Made by a program: the position numbers and the translations under genes. Shown here in pieces: positions 26,038-32,000 of a stretch of DNA of 32,000 bases. The first letter of the stretch is position 1, and each line of letters starts with the position of its first letter. Source of the stretch: Opitutales bacterium (lineage in GTDB: Bacteria > Verrucomicrobiota > Verrucomicrobiia > Opitutales > PNEW01); NCBI GenBank assembly GCA_965219535.1, contig CBDCNV010000001.1:2126099-2158098 (forward strand), read 5' to 3'. The notes beneath the pieces were generated by a model. The model was not told the origin of the DNA. It ran no database searches and worked only from the letters and a program-made list of their open reading frames with translations.

Positions 26038-26353
26038 CTTTTTTTTCTTTTCTTTGCATCGGTTTTAAAAGGAGTCAAGCTCTTTGACTATGCTCAGGGT
26101 ATTCAGAGCTCAAGTTTTAGTGATGGAATGATATAAGATGTGTGCAACCGTTGGTTCGCGTGGCTTCCGTAGACGACCATCCTCAGGTGTTGCCCGTCGT
26201 CAGGTCAGCTATGGCCATTTTGTAGTAAGCGGTAGGGGTAGGCCCTTGAAGAATGGGGTCCTTTACCTCTTCGAGCCAAGGCAAAAGTCGCTCGTCGAGA
26301 TCCTTACGTACCTGTTTGAGTCGAGAATCCGACCCGAGGTTGCTCAGTTCATA

Positions 26354-26380
26354 GGGGTTCGAATCCCTCCCTCTCCGCCA
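26354..26380 (+). other. tRNA-Ser-type 3' end fragment (T-loop, acceptor 3' strand, GCCA): att-like site next to the integrase
   Basis: GGGGTTCGAATCCCTCCCTCTCCGCCA matches the common tRNA-Ser ending ...GGGTTCGAATCCCTCCCTCTCCGCCA. No GGAGAGG 5' acceptor, D-arm or anticodon arm is found in the preceding 100 nt. Confidence 0.6.
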
Positions 26381-26437
26381 TTATTTATCGACATCTTGTC
26401 AATATTTGTTAATTATAATTAGCAAATTTTAATCTAG

Positions 26438-27667
26438 ATGGCGAAACAGAGATTTAAGATTACCAGGTTTATCAACCCGAGTGGCTCAGAAGCCTGGCGC
26501 TTATCCGGCACCCTGAATGGTAAGCAAATACGTAAGAATTTCAAATCCCGCAACGATGCTGTCGCCGAGCGTCAGCGGTTATCGATTCGATATTTAAACG
26601 AACAATCCGAAGGGCAGACCGTATGGACAACCCTGACCCAGTTGCAGAACAAAGAGGCCATTTCAGCTATTAATCTTCTTAACCAAGCCAAGTCCAATAA
26701 GTCTCTCACCTTCGCTGTTAACTATTTTTTAGGGCATTATAAAGAAGCTGCTGAAACAATGACCGTCGAAGAGGCCGTCCATGAGTATTGCGATCATAAG
26801 TCCAAGGAAATGGAGCGTGGGATCATCTCATTATGCCAGGAGCAGGGCATCACGCGTGAGATGAAAAAGTTAAAGGGTATTTTTGGGGGACGGATCGTTA
26901 ACGAAATTCAACCTGTTGAGTTGAATACTTACCTCGACACACGACACCATCGTTCAAAAGAAGTGCTCTCCCTTAAAACCTGGAATAACCGCCGAGGATA
27001 CCTAAGCACTTTCTTCAAATACTGCGTGTCAAAGAAATATGTGGGAGAAAACCCGATCCTGGAAGTTCCCCAGTATAAAATAAAGCAACGCAGGGGTAGC
27101 GCAGAGATTCTCTCTGCTAATGAAGCATCCGAATTGATGGAGTGGCTGGAAACTTATCGTGGAAAGCAGAACAAGGACGGATCCTTTTGGGGTGAATCCG
27201 GGTGCATGGTTCCCTATTTTGCATTAGCCCTGTTTGCAGGAATCAGGCCCGACTGGGAGCACGGTGAAATGGGAAAACTCAAAACCAAGCACATCCGTAT
27301 GGATACCGGGGTTATCCTTATCGAACCGGAGGTCTCGAAAGTAAAGGAAAAGCGAGCCATTAAAATCCAACCCAACCTTAGTCTGTGGCTGGAGAAATAT
27401 CCTCTTTCTATATACCCAATCATCCCAGCAAGGAGGTTCAGTGACATGTGGGCTCATGTCCGAAAAGAGCACAAACTTTCTCAGAATGTCCTTCGTCATA
27501 CCTATATATCGATGACGGTGGGGTCCTTCCGCTCGGTAGGAGACGCCGCCCTTCAGGCGGGTAACTCTGAATCCGTGATCCGCAAATACTATCTCGACCT
27601 GGTAACTAAAGAGGAAGCAGATCGCTTCTGGCAGATAGTTCCACTGAGCGATCAATTAGTTCGGTAA
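26438..27667 (+). CDS. int: tyrosine recombinase / phage-type integrase
   Basis: Track ORF of 409 aa. ...LALFAGIRPDWE... (Arg), ...NVLRHTYISM... (His-x-x-Arg), ...SVIRKYYL (Tyr). It begins 57 nt after the tRNA fragment. Confidence 0.85.
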   Translation: MAKQRFKITRFINPSGSEAWRLSGTLNGKQIRKNFKSRNDAVAERQRLSIRYLNEQSEGQTVWTTLTQLQNKEAISAINLLNQAKSNKSLTFAVNYFLGHYKEAAETMTVEEAVHEYCDHKSKEMERGIISLCQEQGITREMKKLKGIFGGRIVNEIQPVELNTYLDTRHHRSKEVLSLKTWNNRRGYLSTFFKYCVSKKYVGENPILEVPQYKIKQRRGSAEILSANEASELMEWLETYRGKQNKDGSFWGESGCMVPYFALALFAGIRPDWEHGEMGKLKTKHIRMDTGVILIEPEVSKVKEKRAIKIQPNLSLWLEKYPLSIYPIIPARRFSDMWAHVRKEHKLSQNVLRHTYISMTVGSFRSVGDAALQAGNSESVIRKYYLDLVTKEEADRFWQIVPLSDQLVR

Positions 27668-27699
27668 GCTTAATAAAATAGGGGGACTTCGATCTATCA

Positions 27700-27780
27700 A
27701 CGTAAAGAATTAGTCTGGCTGGAGTGACCCCCAAAGATGGTATCATTTACAGAGAGAGGTTATCGGGGACAGATCACCTA
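27700..27780 (+). repeat. second copy of the IS-end/leader sequence seen at 2108-2243 (opposite orientation there)
   Basis: AATTAGTCTGGCTGGAGTGACCCCCAAAGATGGTATCATTTACAGAGAGAGGTTATCGGGG here, versus the reverse complement of 2143-2211, AAGTTAGTCTGGGTAACGTGGCGTGACCCCTAAAATCGTATCATTTACAGAAAGAGGTTATCGGG. Boundaries approximate. Confidence 0.6.
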
Positions 27781-27827
27781 TACACGAATAAACAGAACTT
27801 AAAAACCACTTGTTAGGATTTAATCAG

Positions 27828-28275
27828 ATGACGAAACCTGAAGATGCTCCTTGAGGCACGGTTAATACAAAGTTAGAGAGAATTCACTCACTCTCTCGGC
27901 AGCAAGACATAGAGAGTGTCAGGTGTGAGTTGGCGTTAGGTGTCGACGTTGATATCCTCAATGGTAGAGCACTGAATGGTGATGGTGGCAACACCGCGCT
28001 ATGGTTTGCTACTCAGGGCTCTTCACCAGAGTCAGTTCCACTAGCTCGGCTGTTGGTCGAGTCTGGAGGCAACATAAACCGAGCGTGTGAAATAGCTACA
28101 TTCCGATGCACATGGCTGCGCAGTGGGGGCACCTGCAGCTGGTCAGATTTCTCGTCGACTCAGGCGCCGATCTATTCCCAGAATCTGATGTAGATGGCAC
28201 CTCCTGGACAAGGCGCAAAAAGCGGGACGTGATGAGGTTGTAGAATATCTGGAATCACTTAGAGAGGAAACCTAA
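27828..28275 (+). pseudogene. ankyrin-repeat protein, decayed (in-frame TGA at codon 9 plus two frameshifts)
   Basis: Own three-frame reading: MTKPEDAP(TGA)GTVNTKLERIHSLSRQQDIESVRCELALGVDVD...GNTALWFATQG..LLVESGGNINR, then shift, ..PMHMAAQWGHLQLVRFLVDSGADL.., then shift, ..LLDKAQKAGRDEVVEYLESLREET(stop). Confidence 0.7.
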
Positions 28276-28348
28276 CTGTCGGCTTCTAGTTGCTTGCCCA
28301 TGGCCTTGGCCCGTTTTTTCGTTACTTTTATTTTTTGTTTCGTAATTC

Positions 28349-28672
28349 CTAACGGTCGACATCTAAAGGAATACCAAGCTTGATACGCCGTGCACTTTCA
28401 TCACTCATAAACCGGGCTGCGGGTTTAGTTGTTTCACCCCTTAGAGCAGCTAACCGCTTGGCGGGTTCAGGCCAGCTTATATCTGGGTAATGATCCGCAC
28501 AGTAACGCACCAATAAATCGACTGTCCTTATTGTGATCCGACCTGATTTATACCTGATTGCACTATAAGCATGGGCATTGCCTGTAGCTTTGGCAAACAA
28601 AGTCAGTGGAGTAATGCCCCCAGACTCGCAAACCGCGTTGACCAGTTCCTCAATTTCTTCAACGTAGATCAT
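28349..28672 (-). CDS. hypothetical protein (107 aa)
   Basis: Track ORF. No family recognised. Its first ~55 nt and its upstream region are duplicated in tandem at 28873-29115. Confidence 0.45.
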   Translation of the reverse strand: MIYVEEIEELVNAVCESGGITPLTLFAKATGNAHAYSAIRYKSGRITIRTVDLLVRYCADHYPDISWPEPAKRLAALRGETTKPAARFMSDESARRIKLGIPLDVDR

Positions 28673-29115
28673 TGTTTATATACAAAGAGTCAACTTATAT
28701 TAAATTACAACATTTATAATAAAAAGGGGAATAGTTAGACCTACAGGTGAGACAAAAGTTAAAATTTCACTTCCACAAAACCCTGATCGGATCCAAAATA
28801 GCGATTGTGTCACTTCTTTTCAATAGAATCCAAAACAAGCAATGTGCTTGATTTAGCGAGGCCGTATGATACTCCCAAACTCGCAATCCGCGTCGATCAA
28901 TCTTTTTAATGTAAATCATTGTTTATATACAAATAGTCAATTTATATTAAATTGCAATATTTATAGTGGAAAAAGGGAACAGATAAACCCACAGGCGAGA
29001 TAGGAGTTAAAATTTCACTTCCACAAAACCCTGATCGGATCCAAAATAGCGATTGTGTCGCTTCTTTTCAACAGAATCCAAAACAAGCAATGTGCTTGTT
29101 TTAGCAAGGCCGTCT
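28626..29115. repeat. tandem direct repeat, 2 units of ~247-248 bp
   Basis: CATTGTTTATATACAAA occurs at 28670 and 28917. GTTAAAATTTCACTTCCACAAAACCCTGATCGGATCCAAAATAGCGATTGTGTC occurs at 28758 and 29006, identical over ~55 nt. Confidence 0.85.
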
Positions 29116-29220
29116 AGTGCCCCTAAGATTCGTTTTGATTTTGTTTTGATATAAAAAGGCGTATAGGGGAAACAACAACCTCATAAGGGATAGTAGGGTA
29201 GCGAGGTGTCGGTTCCCAGC

Positions 29221-30561
29221 TGGTCGAGATCACGAAAACAGGTCCACTAGAAAAGTTAGTCTGGGACACCTGGAAAGGACTCAGACAATGAAAGGCAAAA
29301 GATATACAACTGAAGAGAAGATACGGATGCTACGGCAGGCAGACAAAGGGAAAACGATCCTGGAAGTATGCCGCGAGAACAACATAAGCGAACAGACCTA
29401 CGACCGCTGGAAACGTGAGTTTGGGATGATTGATGTCAACCAGGCCAAGCGGATGAAGGAACTCTTTGAAGGAGAACGCGCGGTTAAAGCGGATGCTGGC
29501 GGACAAGCTGCTGGGGATAGAGATTCTGCAGAAGACGCTCGAAAAAAAATGGTAGATGTCGCTTATGCTCGGTAGTAAGCCCTGGGCACAAGCGGCAAGT
29601 GGCAGAGAGACTTGTGGCCCGGGGCCAGTGTTCGATACGTGGAGCGTGCCGATACTTTCACCTGCACCGCTCCACCTATGCGTATCGGGCGAAGTATCCT
29701 GATGCCTGGCTAACGAAACTGAAGGCGGCAGTAAGGCGGTTATCACGGCAATACGCGAGGTGGGGCTATCCGAAGATCACGAAGCTGTTGAAGGACGAAG
29801 GCTGGCAGGTGGGTAAACGGCTCGTGCAAGGTCTGCGACGTGAACTGGGCCTGGCGATCCCCCCACGCAAGCCAAGACGCCGGCGCAGGGGTGTCTCCAC
29901 CGGGCTGCCGACGAAGGCCGAACATCCCGACCATGTTTGGACCTGGGACTTTATCCACGATAAGACGGTCCGCGGTGGGAATCTCAAAATGCTGACCGTC
30001 CTTGACGAGTACACCCGCGAGTGTCGGGTGATCCATGTCGATCGCCATATCAATGCGGAGAAGGTGCGCGGGGTCATGCAAAAACTGCTCGACCGTCATG
30101 GGCCACCAAAATATATTCGCAGCGACAATGGATCGGTTCCGAGGAGCGAAGCGACGACATGCGAAGCCATTTATTGGAAGTGAATTGAGAGTCTGGCTAA
30201 CTGCGATGAAAATCAATACCCTCTATAGCGAACCAGCAAGCCCTTGGCAGAACGGATACATCGAATCGTTCCATGCACGTTTTCGCGAGGAGTGTCTAAA
30301 TCGTGAACAGCTGTGGACTTTGACCGAAGCCCGTGTGGTGATCGAAGATTGGCGCTGGCTTTACAATCATGTTCGACCCCACCGCAGCCTCGGCAATATT
30401 ACTCCACAACGTTTCGCTGAAAACCTCAATACCGAAGGCTCGGGCTCCATTCGGGCTACGCCCTCATTGCGCCCAAGTCTTGACTTCCTCTACCAACTTA
30501 ACTTCAACATTAACCTCTCCAGACTAACTCTCTCAGTGGACCTGTTTGTGTAACCCGACCA
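29221..30561 (+). mobile_element. IS3-family insertion sequence, copy C (near-identical to B but disrupted)
   Basis: The left end TGGTCGAGATCACGAAAACAGGTCCACTAGAAAAGTTAGTCTGG starts at 29221. The right end ...GTGTAACCCGACCA ends at 30561. Confidence 0.9.
29288..30553 (+). pseudogene. IS3-family transposase, disrupted (copy C)
   Basis: Relative to copy B it has 23 extra nt after the A8 run (29550-29575 region) and an insertion inside the SDNGSEF motif (SDNGSVPRSEATTCEAIYWK-stop). Track ORFs 29288..29575, 29599..30183 and 30035..30553 are the pieces. Confidence 0.85.
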
Positions 30562-30804
30562 GCGGCTAAGGAAATTGAATTTGCAGGTTTTGAAATTGGT
30601 GAAAAAGTAGAAGCTTTTCCAACGACACGCTTTCTTGATATTGGCGCCGTTGTTTATTACTTAAGGATGATCCCCTGGCAGATTCCCGATCTTACTTTGG
30701 ACAAATACCGCGAAAGATTATTTAAGATTCATCAGCAGATTCAAATAGAAGGAAACCTCAAAGTTCAGAGTCACCGATTTTATATTAAAGCGATTAAAGC
30801 ATGA
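30562..30804 (+). pseudogene. C-terminal fragment of a class I SAM-dependent methyltransferase-like protein, 5' part removed at the IS junction
   Basis: Own translation, open from the first base after the IS: AAKEIEFAGFEIGEKVEAFPTTRFLDIGAVVYYLRMIPWQIPDLTLDKYRERLFKIHQQIQIEGNLKVQSHRFYIKAIKA(stop). The stop overlaps the next ATG (ATGA). The family call rests only on resemblance to methyltransferase C-termini. Confidence 0.45.
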
Positions 30805-31692
30805 AGTCTCGATATATAGATAGAATTAAAAAACATTTTCCCAACATCGATATCAATAATATTAGTGAGAATAATGATGGCCTAATTAATGACGTTTTAA
30901 TCATTAATGAAGATCGGGTATTCCGCTTTGCAAAGGATATTAAAGGCGCAAAGAAGGCATTAAAAAATGAAATACAGTTTGTTAAATTGATAGCGCCCTA
31001 CGTTGGGCTAAACGTTCCTGATTTCGATCTTTTAGAAGACGACTTTGTCTCCTATCAATTTATCTCAGGAAAACCACTGCTGCGAAATGATATCGTAATT
31101 CTCAATGACAGTGATCAGGACAAGATAGCTCAACAATTAGCCGAATTCCTTAAAGCATTACATACACTCCCGGAGGTATTGTGGTTGGAACATGAAATTG
31201 GACCTTCAGATGTCAATAGAAACCGTGAAGTCTGGTGTAAACTCTACACAGATATTCAAGAACAACTCTTCCCCGCATATGATGAGTCACAATAAAGAAT
31301 TGGTAAGGAGACATTTTGAACCAGTTATTTCGAATAAACTTCCAATGGAATATCGGCCCGCTTTAATTAACGGTGATATGGGTACTTATCATATCCTCTA
31401 TGATTCAGCCCAGAAAAAGATTAACGGGGTTATAGATTTCGGGACAGCGGGCGTTGGGGACCCCGCGGCTGATCTAGCATGCATGTTATATTACTATGGA
31501 GAAAGTTTCGTTCAGAGAATGAATAAATATTATCCGGAACTTAGTGAAGCCATAGACCGTGCTCGATTTTGCGCGGGTACCTTTGAGCTTCAATGTGCAC
31601 TGGGTGGTATTCGGACTAAAAATCTATCGTGGTTCATGATGCATCTTGGAGGAATGAGGGACATGAATCCTTTGGCATTTAAAGCAGAATAA
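30801..31692 (+). pseudogene. aminoglycoside-phosphotransferase (APH)-family kinase with one frameshift at a C4 run (31271-31274)
   Basis: Track ORFs 30801..31295 and 31192..31692 join as ...IQEQLFP|HMMSHNKELVRR... if one C is removed. Kinase motifs: LINGDMGTYHILYD and GVIDFGTAGVGDPAADLA. Confidence 0.7.
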
Positions 31693-31708
31693 CGTAAGAG
31701 TCATAAGA

Positions 31709-32000
31709 ATGAATACTATTAGTGAAGCCAGTCGTTGGCGTCGACAGATTGCAGAACAAATTGCAAAGCGTTACGCTGAGAACAGTAAAGTTGATGCCGT
31801 TTTCTTAGGCGGCTCTGCCGCTCGAGGCTGTGCTGACGGTCATTCAGACATGGAGTTAGGTGTCTTCTGGAATGAAGATCCTTTAAAGGAAGAGAGGGAA
31901 AAGGTAGTTCAATCGTTAGAGTTTATAGATAAACAATATATTGGGATTCATTCCTATAACGCCGATAAGGAAATATGGGACGATGATTTTTATCTAGGTA
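31709..32000 (+). CDS. nucleotidyltransferase-domain protein (Pol-beta-fold NTase), 3' end beyond the window
   Basis: Own translation from the ATG at 31709: MNTISEASRWRRQIAEQIAKRYAENSKVDAVFLGGSAARGCADGHSDMELGVFW... This carries the G-S-x(n)-D-x-E NTase motif. Confidence 0.65.
   Translation, partial: MNTISEASRWRRQIAEQIAKRYAENSKVDAVFLGGSAARGCADGHSDMELGVFWNEDPLKEEREKVVQSLEFIDKQYIGIHSYNADKEIWDDDFYLG

Noticed and set aside
26040-26380. Possible tmRNA (ssrA) or complete tRNA-Ser ending at the ...GGTTCGAATCCCTCCCTCTCCGCCA terminus, plus track ORF 26138..26422.
   Set aside because: No complementary 5' acceptor strand (GGAGAGG or a G-U variant) lies within 400 nt upstream. There is no D-arm, anticodon arm or tag-peptide frame. 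The proposed T-stem 5' strand (AGGGG) already mismatches. The ORF has no coding signature and overlaps the fragment. I interpret this as an att-type tRNA 3' remnant.
1-32000. Looked for CRISPR arrays, rRNA, intact tRNAs, reverse transcriptase or diversity-generating retroelement features near the tail-fibre gene, and toxin-antitoxin-like small gene pairs.
   Set aside because: No regularly spaced short repeats, no rRNA-like stretches, no complete cloverleaf and no RT motifs (YxDD) were seen. The only tandem repeats are the 247-bp pair and the 17-18-nt pair reported above.

Overview
This window is a mosaic accessory region of a Gram-negative-type bacterial chromosome, heavily invaded by IS elements. 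The taxon cannot be determined from the sequence alone.

Left part (1-11.9 kb):
- An IS pile-up: an IS407-like remnant, one decayed and one apparently intact copy of a ~1.29-kb IS3-family element, and a solo end of a third relative.
- A 5'-truncated, AT-rich UvrD-like helicase.
- An orphan siphovirus/GTA-type tail-tip cassette. It holds a 583-aa hub protein with a BR0599-type C-terminus, an NlpC/P60 peptidase and an 1188-aa J-like host-specificity protein.
- The cassette runs through an AT-rich spacer and ends at a tRNA(CAT) 3' fragment that looks like an attR.

Middle part (12-26 kb):
- A compact minus-strand operon: DtxR/MntR-type repressor, then a 683-aa di-haem cytochrome c peroxidase-like protein, then a PhnD/PhnC/PhnE-type ABC transporter.
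- A multicopper-oxidase fragment, an OprB-type porin and a second DtxR-family regulator.
- Nested IS3-family elements, a 750-aa secreted protein with a GC-rich Ig-like domain, and a GH31 glycosidase.

Right part (26.3-32 kb):
- A tRNA-Ser 3' fragment next to a tyrosine integrase.
- An ankyrin pseudogene and a small ORF whose 5' region is tandemly duplicated (~247 bp).
- A third, disrupted IS copy.
- An IS-truncated methyltransferase, a frameshifted APH-like kinase and a nucleotidyltransferase, apparently in one operon.

I saw no rRNA, no intact tRNA and no CRISPR array. I did not find a clean, complete, obviously novel multi-gene system. The best candidates for follow-up are:
- the metal-regulator/di-haem/PhnDCE operon;
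- the orphan tail-tip cassette;
- the unusual frame layout of the IS family;
- the duplicated ~100-nt core near the integrase.

All functional calls rest on motif recognition by eye. No searches were run.
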